Origin: Candidatus Micrarchaeaceae archaeon
Lineage (GTDB): Bacteria; Chloroflexota; Dormibacteria; Aeolococcales; Bog-877
DNA: 64,000 nt
Direction: 5' to 3'
NCBI GenBank assembly: GCA_035531715.1
Contig: DATKSI010000028.1
Span: 7,003 to 71,002, forward strand
Shown piece after piece: positions 19,617-29,545 of the stretch. The notes under the pieces were generated by a model that saw nothing but the letters and a program-made list of their open reading frames with translations, had not been told where the DNA came from and made no database searches. A program made the position numbers and the translations under genes. Every line of letters starts with the position of its first letter. The first letter of the stretch is position 1.

Positions 19617-20577
19617 CGGCGGTCCTCCTGGGCCTGAGAGACACCACCAGGGAGGGCGGCGCAGCGGGTACGGCGCCTGGGCGCGGGACGACCGCGGTGC
19701 CCAGGATCACCCACTCCACGATCCGACCCAGTACCGCCTCAGATCCGGTTGCGTATTCGACTACGTTTGAATTGAAGTCAACCCCAACCACCCCGCTCGC
19801 CCCGGCCTGGGCGGCTTCCAACCCGATCCGCTGGCGGGCGGCGGTCTGGGCCTGATGCATGGCCCGGCTGAAGGTCCCCACCTCGCTATTGGTCCAGGCG
19901 GCATAGCCGAAGCCCCGGCCGAAGTAGGCAACCGCCTGTTGAGCGCTGGCTCCCATCACCAGCCGCACCGGGGAGTAGCCGGTGGAGAGCAGCTTGGCCA
20001 GGTCCTGCCCGGTCAGGGTCGAGGTGAACGGCTCGGCCCGGGGTGGGGCACCTGTCTGGCGCACCGCCGTGCCCAGCACGGTGAACTCGGACATGCCCTG
20101 AGCCCAGTCCCAGTGGCTGACCTTGAGCCGGACCCCGACCACCCCATCCGCCTTCAGCCCCTCCGCCTCCAGCACCAGCCGGTGGAGCGCGCGGGCACGG
20201 GCCTCCAAGAGCGAGCGCGTCAGGGCCTGGTTCTCCATCGGCTCCATCGCCCCGAAGGCGTAGGCGCCCCGCATTCCCACTCCCAGGCCGGGGCCCTGGG
20301 ACCAGCCGGTATTGATCCAGCCCAGCCGGTACAGCGAGCTTCCCAGCACCTGGGCGATCGGCTCATAGCCAACGCCGCGAAGCGCGGCCAGCTCGTCCAC
20401 GGAGAGATCGGACGTCCAGACCCCGCCTTCCAGCTGCTGGCGCCGGATCCGCTCTTCCGCCTCGAGGGGAATCCCGCCTCCCTCGACCAGCTGCCGACTG
20501 CGCTCGGCTCGCTCCAGCCGGATCGCGGTCTCCTCCGCAGTCTCGCTGGTCGCCGCCCCCCGCCGGATGAACCGCAT
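19594..20577 (-). CDS. Tandem YbjQ/UPF0145 domain protein (paralog)
   Basis: ATG at 20577 (MRFIRRG...) shares one nt with the stop of the upstream ORF (TGATG). Two YbjQ-like repeats are present: WTSDLSVDELAALRGVGYEPIAQVLGSS...FTVLGTAV and FTSTLTGQDLAKLLSTGYSPVRLVMGAS...WVILGTAV. The track ORF (to 21027) is over-extended. Confidence 0.7.
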   Translation of the reverse strand: MRFIRRGAATSETAEETAIRLERAERSRQLVEGGGIPLEAEERIRRQQLEGGVWTSDLSVDELAALRGVGYEPIAQVLGSSLYRLGWINTGWSQGPGLGVGMRGAYAFGAMEPMENQALTRSLLEARARALHRLVLEAEGLKADGVVGVRLKVSHWDWAQGMSEFTVLGTAVRQTGAPPRAEPFTSTLTGQDLAKLLSTGYSPVRLVMGASAQQAVAYFGRGFGYAAWTNSEVGTFSRAMHQAQTAARQRIGLEAAQAGASGVVGVDFNSNVVEYATGSEAVLGRIVEWVILGTAVVPRPGAVPAAPPSLVVSLRPRRTADVGSTIP

Positions 20578-20981
20578 CAGCTGAGCAGCCGCTCCAGCGC
20601 AACCCGGTCCTGGGAGCTGGCTCCGGCCTGCGCCGAGAGCGCCCGCGCCAGCTCCACCAGCCAGGCATCTAGGTTGAGCATCTCGGTCTTGAGGGCGATG
20701 CCCCGAACCACCCGGGTGCACTGGGCCGCCACCGCCCCCCCAGAGCGGGCCAGCTCGAAGCGAAGATCGCCCAGCTCCAGGCTCACCCGCTTCACCCGCC
20801 GCGGCCGACGCCGGATCCCACCGCCATCCCGCTCGACCTTGGTGCGGCCGGGTAGGGCGGCCTCGAATTTGCCGGCGACCACCTCCAGAAAGGTGGAGAG
20901 GTCGCCGGAATCGGCTCGCAGCGCGGCGGCGAGCCGGTCGAAGCTCTCGGCGGGACCCTCCATCGAGACCAATTCGTTCAT
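20577..20981 (-). CDS. Hypothetical protein (first gene of the YbjQ operon)
   Basis: The ORF from ATG 20981 (MNELVSMEGPAESFDRLAAALRAD...) has high third-position GC and is coupled to the next gene. I recognise no family. Confidence 0.45.
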   Translation of the reverse strand: MNELVSMEGPAESFDRLAAALRADSGDLSTFLEVVAGKFEAALPGRTKVERDGGGIRRRPRRVKRVSLELGDLRFELARSGGAVAAQCTRVVRGIALKTEMLNLDAWLVELARALSAQAGASSQDRVALERLLS

Positions 20982-21097
20982 GACCTTGATGGCGAATATA
21001 GCGGCCGGGTGGCCAAACTGGCGCCAACTGATGTCGGGTTGCCCCTGCCGACCGGCCCGGCCTGCGTCACCTCCTTCCGCTCTGGCAGCATGGGCCA

Positions 21098-21979
21098 GTG
21101 ATCGCACCCCGTCCGGAACTGCACCAGGAGCGCCACGGGTCGTGGATCACCTACGCCGTGGCCGCGCTGCTGTTGGCCGCCCTGCTCGCGGTGCGCCCGG
21201 AGCTGCTGGCCCTCGCCCCCAAGCGATATCGCACCGAGGTTCAGCTGGGGGTCCTGCTCTTGGCGGTGGTCCTCGGCGGGATCGCCATCCGGGCCTTCGT
21301 CGATCGCGGGTTTTACCGGCTCCGGGGTACTGGGCTCTCCGGTTGGCGCCCGGTCGTCACCTGGTGCCTCTATGTAATCCTGGGCCTGGGTGTCCTCTCC
21401 GCCCTGAATATCAACCTGGAAGGGCTGCTGGCCGCGGGAGCGATCTTGGGGGTGGTGGTGGGCGTGGCCGCCCAGACCTCGCTCTCGAGCCTGTTCGCCG
21501 GCATTGTCCTGCTCATGGCGCGCCCCTTCACCGTGGGCAGCTGGGTCCACCTGCGCACCTACCTCTTTGGCGGTTACGACTATTCGGGCGTGATCATTCA
21601 GATCGGCGTGGTCTACACCACCATGGATGTCGGCGGCCGCCTGGTGCGGATTCCCAACAGCGCCGCGCTGGCCTCGGCGCTCACGGTCACCCACGTTCCG
21701 ATCCAGCTGGACATGGAGCTGGTGATGCCGCCCGAGGTCGGGCTGACCCGGCTCCATCAGGAGCTGACCCAGGCGCTCCAGCTGGGCCCCGCGGAAAACG
21801 TGACCCTCCGGCCCACCCGGCTAACCACCGAGGGCCAGGGGCTCCTCACCTGCCAGCTCCAGATCCGCTCCCACCGGGTGCTGGATCTGGCCCTGGTGAA
21901 CCGGGCGATCATCGCCAGTTCGGAGCGAGCGGGTGACGCGGAGGGCAGGGGCCAGGATCGGCCCGCGGCCCAAGGTTGA
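21098..21979 (+). CDS. Small-conductance mechanosensitive channel (MscS family)
   Basis: Three N-terminal TM helices are followed by GAILGVVVGVAAQTSLSSLFAGIVLLMARPFTVGSWV, the MscS pore/beta-domain signature. Confidence 0.8.
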   Translation: MIAPRPELHQERHGSWITYAVAALLLAALLAVRPELLALAPKRYRTEVQLGVLLLAVVLGGIAIRAFVDRGFYRLRGTGLSGWRPVVTWCLYVILGLGVLSALNINLEGLLAAGAILGVVVGVAAQTSLSSLFAGIVLLMARPFTVGSWVHLRTYLFGGYDYSGVIIQIGVVYTTMDVGGRLVRIPNSAALASALTVTHVPIQLDMELVMPPEVGLTRLHQELTQALQLGPAENVTLRPTRLTTEGQGLLTCQLQIRSHRVLDLALVNRAIIASSERAGDAEGRGQDRPAAQG

Positions 21980-23019
21980 CCGCCTACACACCCACGCCTG
22001 CGGTCTGGGCCGAGGGCGGGCCGGAGGAGGTTGGCGACGGAATCTTCCGCATCCCCCTCCCCCTGCCCAACGACGCTCTGAAGGCCGTCAACGCCTACCT
22101 CTGGCGCGGCGATGCGGGTGACCTCTTGATCGACTGCGGTTGGGTCGATCCCCTCAGCTGGGAGGTCCTCACCTCTTCCCTGAAGCGGTTGGGCAGCGGC
22201 GTGGCCTCGGTCCGCCACCTCTTCGCGACCCACGTCCACGGGGACCATCTGGGGGCGGCCGACCTGATCCGCGAGCAGAGCGGGGCCTTCGTCACCCTCG
22301 GACTCGGCGACCGCGAGACCGCCGAGATCATGGCGACCGACCCGGAGCTCTCCCGCAATCGGACCCGGGAGCTGCTGCTGCGCCACGGAGCGGCCTCCGT
22401 GGTGGAGCTGATCGACCGGGAAGCCGCCGCCCAACCTCGGGCCCCCCGACTCTCCCCCCTGCCGGATCTCTTCCTCGGCGGCGGCGAGCTGCGATTTCAG
22501 GGGCACCACCTCGATGTACTGCCCACGCCGGGGCACACCCGGGGCCACCTCTGCCTTTGGGACAGCGCCGGCCAGATCCTCTTCTCCGGAGATCACGTCC
22601 TACCCCACATAACCCCGTCCATCGGAGTCGAGCTCTCGCTCGAGGGGCTGCCGTTGCTCCACTTCCTGCAGTCGCTGGAGCTGGTCCAGAAACTGCCGGC
22701 CCTCCTCGTCCTGCCCGCCCATGGGCCCACCTTCAGGAACCTCTCCGACCGGGTGGACCAGCTGCTGCAACATCACCGGGACCGTCTCCGGCTCTGCCGG
22801 GAGGCCGTAGCCTCCGGCTGCCGGAGCGCGCTGCAGGTGGCGCAGGCGCTGCCGTGGACCAGACGGGAGCGCCACTTCCCTGAACTCGACAGCTTCAATC
22901 AACTGCTGGCGGTCAATGAAACGGTGGCCCACCTCGAGCTCCTGGTCCACCGGGGCGAGTTGGTCTCGGGGCTGTCACACTTGGTCGTGGAATACACCCT
23001 CGCTCCGGGCGAGTCATAA
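21976..23019 (+). CDS. MBL-fold metallo-hydrolase
   Basis: Has the THVHGDHLGAA (HxHxDH) motif, a later PTPGHTRGH, and a winged-helix-like C-terminus. It overlaps mscS by 4 nt. Confidence 0.8.
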   Translation: MTAYTPTPAVWAEGGPEEVGDGIFRIPLPLPNDALKAVNAYLWRGDAGDLLIDCGWVDPLSWEVLTSSLKRLGSGVASVRHLFATHVHGDHLGAADLIREQSGAFVTLGLGDRETAEIMATDPELSRNRTRELLLRHGAASVVELIDREAAAQPRAPRLSPLPDLFLGGGELRFQGHHLDVLPTPGHTRGHLCLWDSAGQILFSGDHVLPHITPSIGVELSLEGLPLLHFLQSLELVQKLPALLVLPAHGPTFRNLSDRVDQLLQHHRDRLRLCREAVASGCRSALQVAQALPWTRRERHFPELDSFNQLLAVNETVAHLELLVHRGELVSGLSHLVVEYTLAPGES

Positions 23020-23038
23020 GCAGCAGCGGAGGCCAGCA

Positions 23039-24427
23039 GTGACGGTGACCGAGAGAAGGTTGGCGCCATTCCGGTCGATTAACCCGGCCACCGAGGCGGT
23101 CACCGCCGAATATCACGCCATGACCGCCGCCCAGGTGGAATCGGTGCTCGGGCGGGCGGAGGACGCCTTCCAGGTCAATCGCCGCCAGCCGATCGCCTGG
23201 CGCTCGGAGCGGATGCTGGCCCTGGCTCAGCTACTGCGCCGCGATCGCGAGGAGCTGGCGCAGCTGGTCACCGCGGAGATGGGCAAGCCGCTCGCCGAAG
23301 CGCAGGCGGAGGTTGACAAGTGCGCCCTCTCCGGTGAGTACTTCGCCCATCAGGCGCACAAGTTCCTCGCCGACGAGCCTTCGCCGTCCGACTCCCCCCG
23401 CAGCCTGGTGGCCTTCCGGCCTCTGGGAGTGATCCTGGCGATCATGCCCTGGAACTACCCGCTCTGGCAGGTGCTTCGCTTCGCGGCGCCCGCCCTGATG
23501 GCGGGCAACGCCGCGGTGCTGAAGCACGCGCCCAACTGTTTCGGGACCGCCCTGGCCCTGGAGCGGCTGGTGGCGGAGGCGGGGTTCCCCGCGGGCAGCC
23601 TGGGCACCCTGCTGACCGGAGTCGAGCCGCTGGCGGGGGTGATCGGCGATCCCCGGATTCGCGCGGTCACCCTGACCGGGAGCGACGTGGCCGGAAGCCG
23701 GGTGGCTGAGATCGCCGGCCGAGAGATCAAGAAGGCGGTGCTGGAGCTGGGCGGCTCCGACTTCTTCCTGGTGCTGGAGGACGCCGACCTGGAGGAGGCG
23801 GCCCAGGCGGGGGTGCGGTCCCGATTCCAGAACGCGGGGCAGAGCTGCATCGCGGCCAAACGATTCCTGGTCGCCGATTCGGTGGCCGATCGGTTTCAAG
23901 AGCGCTTCGTCGAACTGGCCTCGGAGCTTCGGGTGGGCGATCCCCTCGATCCCTCGACCCGGATCGGCCCCCTGGCCCGCCAGGATCTCCGGGCCAAGCT
24001 GCACGATCAGCTGCAACGGTCCCTGGCCCAGGGGGCGCAGCTGGCGCTGGGAGGCGAGATCCCGGACGGGGTCGGCTTCTTCTATCCCCCGGCAGTGGTC
24101 ACCGGGGTCGAGCCCGGCATGGCGGTCTTTGACGAGGAGACCTTCGGCCCCCTGGCGGCCTTCACCAGATTCTCCGGCGAAGAGGACGGCTTGCGGCTGG
24201 CCAACCACAGCCGCTACGGGCTGGGCGGCAACATTTGGACCGAAGACGTGAGCCGCGGCGTGCGCTTGGCGATGGAACTAGACACCGGCGCCGTGTTTGT
24301 CAACGGGATGACCCACTCGGACGCTCGGATTCCCTTCGGCGGAGTCAAGCGGAGTGGCTACGGCCGAGAGCTCCACCACTTCGGGATACGCGAGTTCACC
24401 AATATTCAGACGGTGTGGCAACCGTAG
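23039..24427 (+). CDS. NAD(P)-dependent aldehyde (succinate-semialdehyde-type) dehydrogenase
   Basis: FRSINPATEA, ALMAGNAAVLKHAPN, VLELGGSD and GQSCIAAKR (catalytic Cys) are all present. GTG at 23039 is preferred over the track start at 22916. Confidence 0.9.
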   Translation: MTVTERRLAPFRSINPATEAVTAEYHAMTAAQVESVLGRAEDAFQVNRRQPIAWRSERMLALAQLLRRDREELAQLVTAEMGKPLAEAQAEVDKCALSGEYFAHQAHKFLADEPSPSDSPRSLVAFRPLGVILAIMPWNYPLWQVLRFAAPALMAGNAAVLKHAPNCFGTALALERLVAEAGFPAGSLGTLLTGVEPLAGVIGDPRIRAVTLTGSDVAGSRVAEIAGREIKKAVLELGGSDFFLVLEDADLEEAAQAGVRSRFQNAGQSCIAAKRFLVADSVADRFQERFVELASELRVGDPLDPSTRIGPLARQDLRAKLHDQLQRSLAQGAQLALGGEIPDGVGFFYPPAVVTGVEPGMAVFDEETFGPLAAFTRFSGEEDGLRLANHSRYGLGGNIWTEDVSRGVRLAMELDTGAVFVNGMTHSDARIPFGGVKRSGYGRELHHFGIREFTNIQTVWQP

Positions 24428-24849
24428 CCGAGGCCAATCACCTCGACCACCCCCACCTCAGATCATCCACTGCGGAGGAAGGGCCGCCCCGGCGGCGGCA
24501 GGAGGGATTCAAGACCGGTTTTCGCCGCCGCAGGTGACTCCCACCCACTGGCCTGGCCGCTGCCGACCTGACGATCGAGGCTCGAGCGAATTGGTCGGGG
24601 GAGTGCCATCTCCACTTGGTTGGTTACGCGGACATTCCCTCGGCTGTGCCCCGGTGAAGTTGCTCTGGTCAGCCGGGACCGCGGCGACCAAAGAAAACTT
24701 TCGGAGCGGCGATCTGTCTGGGCGGAGCGTTCTCTGGCACGGGAGTTGGATCCCCGGCCGTTCCTCTGAGCCCCGGGTTTCCACGAATGAGATCGGCTCG
24801 TAACGATGTGGCGACGGACAAATCCCGACTCACGGTCTAGTCTGGGCAC

Positions 24850-27057
24850 ATGGGAAGTTCATCCCAGCGCCCTCGCCTGCCAGGGCCCGGCGGCAAAGTG
24901 TCGCTTGATCGGAAGTCAACCCCGGGCGGATTGACCAACCGCAAGCGGATGACCACCTCCCGGCCCCGCCCGAAGGCGGCGACATCCGACCTCGCGGACG
25001 GGGAAGCACGGTATCGCATCCTGGCCGACCAGACCAGGGATGGGATCTTTCTCGCCGACGGCGGAACCAGTCGCCTCGTCGACGTCAACATCGGCGCGTC
25101 GGATCTGACGGGGTACCCGCGCGCTGAGCTGATCGGAGCCCCGATCTCCAAACTCGTCGCCAGGGAAGACCGAGGAGCCCAGCGCAAGCGCTTTTCCGCC
25201 ACGCCGACGCAGGTATCTCTAGCGTCCCAGGCGCGCATTCTGCGCAAGGACGGGTCTCCCATCGAGGTCGACATCGAACGGCGCCGGCTCGCCGACGGAA
25301 GGGTGCTCGCCGTGGTCCGCGCCGCTGATCGGGGCGGACTGGTGGGAAAACAGTACAACCAGATGCTCGCTCGATTCGATCTGCTGGTGGCCACCGTGGA
25401 CCGCGGCGCGCGGATCTCGTACGCCAATGCTGCACTGAGCGCCCTTACCGGATGGAGCATCGCCGAGCTAATCGGTCGGCCGGCGGGCGAACTCCTCCCG
25501 ATCGGCTCCCCCAACGGCCAAAATCTGCCCCTCTCGGACGAATTCTGGGCCGGCAATCTGGACGGGCTGATCACCACCGAAATCCTGACCCGGTCGGGCG
25601 AGAAGCGCCTGGTCGCGGTCAGCGCCACCCCACTTCGTGACCAGTACGGGACCAGCGCGGGTGCCGCCCTCTTGGGCCAGGACATCACCCAGGGCCGGGC
25701 TGCGCTAACCGAACTGGAGCGAGAGCTCCAAGAACGGGCAGGCGTAGCCGCCGCGATCGCGAGACTGCAACCGGGTGGCACCACTGAGGCGAAGGCGCGT
25801 GCCATCTGCCAGGAACTCCGCGGCCTGCGAGGCGTGGACCTCGCCGCCGTGCTCGCCTTCACCGAGGATGGCGAGACGCGGGTGCTCGCGAGTGACGCGC
25901 CGGCGGATATTCGCAAGCAAGTAGCCACCTCTCCGCCCGCCGCACGAAGCGCATACCTCAAAGAACGCGCAGCCAAGGGCCCCTGGGTGGAGCTCTGGAA
26001 GCCCCGGGTGGGGGACGGCGCCTACGGCGTCCCGCTGGCCCGAGCTGGCCTCCACAGCGTCTCCTACGCTCCGATTCGGCAAGGTAACGACACCCTCGGA
26101 CTGCTCCAAGTGGGCTCGCTGCACCGCGGGGCGGATGACCGCATTCACGACAACCTCCCTGCGATTGCCGAGTTTGGTTCGGCGGCCAGCGCACTACTGG
26201 CCGGGGAACTGCTGGCGGACCGGCTGGTCAACGGGCTCCGCGGCCGGCTCCATGAGATCGTGCGCAGCGGCACCTTTTCCCCGGTGTTCCAGCCGATTGT
26301 TGAGGTCGACACGGGCCAGGTTGTTGGCTACGAGGCACTCTCTCGCTTTACCGACGGCGAACCGCCTGATAACCGCTTTTCCTCGGCTTGGAGCGTGGGG
26401 TTGGGTGCAGAGCTGGAATTGGCCACTTTGGATCGGGCGATCCGGGAAAGCCGAGACCTACCCACCGGCCCCTGGCTGAACGTCAACATCTCGCCCAGAC
26501 TGCTCGATCACGGTGCCGAACTCCGTGCCATCCTGGACCAGGCCCACCGTCCCCTAGTCCTGGAGATCACTGAGCATGAACTGATCTCGGACTACCGTGC
26601 CCTGAAGGAAGCACTTGGGCTGCTTATGCCGATCCGCATCGCGGTCGATGACGCCGGCGCGGGCATCGCCAACTTCACCCATATCGTCGACCTGCAGCCC
26701 GACTTCGTGAAGCTTGACATCGGCCTCGTTCGCGGTGTCGATACCGACCTCGCTCGTCAGGCCATGATCGTAGCCCTTGGCCATTTCGCGCGGACCATGG
26801 GCTGTCAGTTGGTCGCGGAAGGCGTCGAGACCGAGGCTGAGGCTCGGATGGTGAAGTCACTGGGCGTCGCGTTCGGCCAGGGCTACTGGTACGGACATCC
26901 CTTGCCTATGGACGCGATCATCGCCACCCCCGGGGCCACCCATGGCGCCGCGTTCGCCGAAAAAGCCAGTCCGTCCGGAAGTCCTTACGGACACGGCAAC
27001 GGGCGCGTGACGGGGCCGCGGGGCAGGAGCGAGGGCACTCGAGCGGAGTCGATTTAG
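24850..27057 (+). CDS. PAS-PAS-GAF-like-EAL c-di-GMP phosphodiesterase
   Basis: Two PAS segments (YRILADQTRDGIFLAD..., FDLLVATVDRGARISYAN...) precede an EAL domain. The EAL domain has YEALSRF, NVNISP, EITEHE, DDAGAG, KLD, EGVET and GQGYW. Confidence 0.85.
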   Translation: MGSSSQRPRLPGPGGKVSLDRKSTPGGLTNRKRMTTSRPRPKAATSDLADGEARYRILADQTRDGIFLADGGTSRLVDVNIGASDLTGYPRAELIGAPISKLVAREDRGAQRKRFSATPTQVSLASQARILRKDGSPIEVDIERRRLADGRVLAVVRAADRGGLVGKQYNQMLARFDLLVATVDRGARISYANAALSALTGWSIAELIGRPAGELLPIGSPNGQNLPLSDEFWAGNLDGLITTEILTRSGEKRLVAVSATPLRDQYGTSAGAALLGQDITQGRAALTELERELQERAGVAAAIARLQPGGTTEAKARAICQELRGLRGVDLAAVLAFTEDGETRVLASDAPADIRKQVATSPPAARSAYLKERAAKGPWVELWKPRVGDGAYGVPLARAGLHSVSYAPIRQGNDTLGLLQVGSLHRGADDRIHDNLPAIAEFGSAASALLAGELLADRLVNGLRGRLHEIVRSGTFSPVFQPIVEVDTGQVVGYEALSRFTDGEPPDNRFSSAWSVGLGAELELATLDRAIRESRDLPTGPWLNVNISPRLLDHGAELRAILDQAHRPLVLEITEHELISDYRALKEALGLLMPIRIAVDDAGAGIANFTHIVDLQPDFVKLDIGLVRGVDTDLARQAMIVALGHFARTMGCQLVAEGVETEAEARMVKSLGVAFGQGYWYGHPLPMDAIIATPGATHGAAFAEKASPSGSPYGHGNGRVTGPRGRSEGTRAESI

Positions 27058-27363
27058 CGGTCCCGCTTGAGTTTGACCCTGTGCTCGGACGCGAGCGGAC
27101 CGTGCCCTCGTCTGACCGACACTCGGGGCCCGCGGATTGCGGCCCCCCAAGCGGCGCTGCCGGTAGGCTGACGGTCCGAGTCGAGGGAATCGCCGGCGAC
27201 CGCTGGAGCATCCAGGCGGGCTCGTCGGGCTAAGTTCGGTCTCAGCGTGACCTTGAAAAAGGGAAGGCGCGCGGAGGTTGAGGTATTGGCGCCGTCACCG
27301 CGCCGATCGAACGCCAGGGGTGTCCAGGCTGCTGCCCCGCGATCCAGGCGGCATCGCCCTGAG

Positions 27364-27576
27364 TCAGCTCGGCGCGCCGGAGATCGCATGCCACAGAGTC
27401 GCCACCATCAGCACGACCACGGCCAGGGGAATGCACCAGAATGTTCCCGGTCCAACCGTGCGCACCAGTAGCCAGGCCCCGACGATTATCACTGCGACAC
27501 CGAGGGCCAGTTCGGGGGTGTCCCCGACCACAAATTCGTAGCAGAACCGGGCAAAAGCCGCCGGCCATTGCCTCAC
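27364..27576 (-). CDS. Small two-helix membrane protein, hypothetical
   Basis: 70-aa ORF with 2 hydrophobic helices. It has a 4-nt overlap with the upstream membrane gene. Confidence 0.4.
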   Translation of the reverse strand: MRQWPAAFARFCYEFVVGDTPELALGVAVIIVGAWLLVRTVGPGTFWCIPLAVVVLMVATLWHAISGAPS

Positions 27577-28325
27577 CCCGCCTCTCCCGCGGCCCGGGGG
27601 AATCGCGTCCGGGTGAGAACGCGGACAGCCACCCAGCTGAGTGCAGCATAGCCTGCCAGCAGGGCGAGCAGGGAAAGGTCTGCGCCGGGCCAGTTCACGC
27701 CAGCACCCTCGCCCCCCCAGAAGGTCCCGAAGGTGACGAGCATCATGCCGACGGCCAGCTTCATGGCGTTCTCCGGAACCTCACTGAGCTGGCGAGATAC
27801 CGCGACCCCGACCAACCCGACGATGACCACGGCGGCGAGCGCGGCGAGCGCGGCGACGGTCAGGTGACCCGAGCTCAGCCCCAGGGTGAGCACGATCATT
27901 ACCACCTCCGTTCCCTCCAGCAAAACTCCCTTGAAACTGATCGCGAAGCCCACCGCGTCCCGGCCGGACCCGGCCCGCGGGAGGCTGGAGAGCCGCTCCA
28001 CCTCACGGCGATAGATGGCGTCCTCGTCGTGCTTCGCCTTGTACCCGCTGGCCCGCAGGAGGGCCTTGCGCAGCCACTGCAGACCCAGCACCAGTAAGAG
28101 GCTGCCGACGACGACCCGCAGCGTACTGAGCGGCACGTAGTGGACCAGTGCAGGACCGCACGCGGCGACCACGACCACCAGACAAAGTCCGGCCGCCCCG
28201 GCGCCCTCCAACGCGGAGCGCCAACCCCGGGTGAGGCCGACAGCGAGAACGATAGTCAGGGCCTCAACACTCTCCACGGCGCAGGCGCCGAACACCGCCA
28301 GCGCTATCAAAAGAGTGCCGGTCAT
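27573..28325 (-). CDS. Polytopic membrane protein (COG4280/GDT1-like, tentative)
   Basis: 250 aa with 6 TM helices and a central charged loop (YKAKHDEDAIYRREVERL). Family assignment is from memory only. It overlaps the ABC ATPase stop by 4 nt. Confidence 0.5.
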   Translation of the reverse strand: MTGTLLIALAVFGACAVESVEALTIVLAVGLTRGWRSALEGAGAAGLCLVVVVAACGPALVHYVPLSTLRVVVGSLLLVLGLQWLRKALLRASGYKAKHDEDAIYRREVERLSSLPRAGSGRDAVGFAISFKGVLLEGTEVVMIVLTLGLSSGHLTVAALAALAAVVIVGLVGVAVSRQLSEVPENAMKLAVGMMLVTFGTFWGGEGAGVNWPGADLSLLALLAGYAALSWVAVRVLTRTRFPRAAGEAG

Positions 28326-29545
28326 GGATATCGCTGCTTCGGGTGGGCATCGTCGAAGCGTGTCGACTTTCTGCTTGGCAGAGACAACTTCAAGGGCAGG
28401 AGCGCTTCACGCCCGGCCGCCGCCACGGCGTGCCGTCTCCCATCGTCGCTCAGGAAAACCAGGCATCCGGCCGGGTCCAACACCAGCCCTATATTGCGAC
28501 CTCTCTCATAGCGCGAGGCGGAGCGGACGCCGGTGAGTCGCTCACCACCGCGAAGATCCACTACGTGCTCGTACCACCCGGCTCGGAACGAGACGTCCTT
28601 AACCACCGCCGGTAGGACGCCCGACGAGGTTCGGGGCTCGTCCAACTGGAGGGCGTCCGGACGGAGCAGGATGTCGACAGCAGCCGATTCGGGGACCGGT
28701 TGGGGTGCCGCGGCCTGCAGCCGATGCCGCCCAAATTGCACCTCAACCTGCCCGGGGGAAACGTTCCGGACCACCCTGCCGCGGATCACCCCGGCGAGTC
28801 CGGTGAAATGGGCCACGAAGGCATCGGCGGGCCTGCGGTGAACCGATTCCGGGGTACCCCACTGCAAGATTCTCCCCTGGTGAATCACCCCCAGTTTGTC
28901 GGCCAAGGCGAAGGCCTCCTGCTGGTCGTGCGTGATGTAGATGACCGAGGCGCCGCTCTCTCGGCAGAGGGTCGAAATCTCGACTCGGATGCGCTCACGG
29001 AGGTGGGCGTCTAGGTTGGAGAGTGGCTCGTCACAGAGTAGCAACTTCGACCCGCTCCCGAGAGCGCGCGCCAGGGCAACCCGCTGTTGCTCCCCGCCGG
29101 ACAACTGGCTCGGGTAGCTCTCGGCCAGCTCGGCCAAGCCCACTCGCTCCAGCATCTCCATGGATCGCTGGCGAGCGGCCGACCGACTGAGACCCAGCCG
29201 CTTTACCGCGAACGCGACATTGGCGCGAGCGTTCATGTGCGGCCAAAGGGCGTAGTCCTGGAAGACCATGGCGAGCCCGCGCCGTTCCGGAGGCACGTAG
29301 CCCGCTGGTCCGGAGACCTCGGCCCCCCCGACCCAGAGCGTGCCTGTCGTCGGCCGTTCCGTGCCGGCCACGCAACGAAGCAGCGTGGTCTTGCCCGACC
29401 CTGAGGGACCCAGGAGGACGACGAACTGCCCGGCGGCGACGTCCAGGTCTACCGTGTCGAGCACTTTGCGGCCCTGATAGACCTTGGTCAGGCGGCGGGC
29501 TCGGACCGCTGGTGGAACCTCTTGAACCTCGACCAAACCGATCAC
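28322..29545 (-). CDS. ABC transporter ATP-binding protein (FbpC/PotA-type, with C-terminal TOBE-like domain)
   Basis: Shows GPSGSGKTTLL, LSGGEQQRVALARAL and LLCDEPLSNLD. GTG at 29545 overlaps the permease stop (GTGA). The track ORF to 30259 is over-extended. Confidence 0.9.
   Translation of the reverse strand: MIGLVEVQEVPPAVRARRLTKVYQGRKVLDTVDLDVAAGQFVVLLGPSGSGKTTLLRCVAGTERPTTGTLWVGGAEVSGPAGYVPPERRGLAMVFQDYALWPHMNARANVAFAVKRLGLSRSAARQRSMEMLERVGLAELAESYPSQLSGGEQQRVALARALGSGSKLLLCDEPLSNLDAHLRERIRVEISTLCRESGASVIYITHDQQEAFALADKLGVIHQGRILQWGTPESVHRRPADAFVAHFTGLAGVIRGRVVRNVSPGQVEVQFGRHRLQAAAPQPVPESAAVDILLRPDALQLDEPRTSSGVLPAVVKDVSFRAGWYEHVVDLRGGERLTGVRSASRYERGRNIGLVLDPAGCLVFLSDDGRRHAVAAAGREALLPLKLSLPSRKSTRFDDAHPKQRYP

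Noticed and set aside
19855-21936. A 693-aa + strand ORF. Similar long ORFs are 24837-25976 (-), 43713-45272 (-), 6354-7826 (-), 37490-39016 (+), 23231-24208 (-) and 62854-63810 (+).
   Set aside because: Each overlaps recognisable genes on the other strand or in another frame (YbjQ/MscS, EAL, cupredoxin/oxidoreductase, shc, the PNP-like gene, aldehyde DH, coaX). They translate to Arg/Pro/Gly-rich sequence with no motifs and are treated as high-GC shadow ORFs.
24428-24849. A 420-nt lower-GC leader upstream of the PAS-EAL gene was inspected for a c-di-GMP (GEMM) or other riboswitch.
   Set aside because: I recognised no conserved riboswitch core sequence and could not establish a terminator or anti-terminator pair. 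It is left as an unusually long 5' region, to be tested with cmscan.
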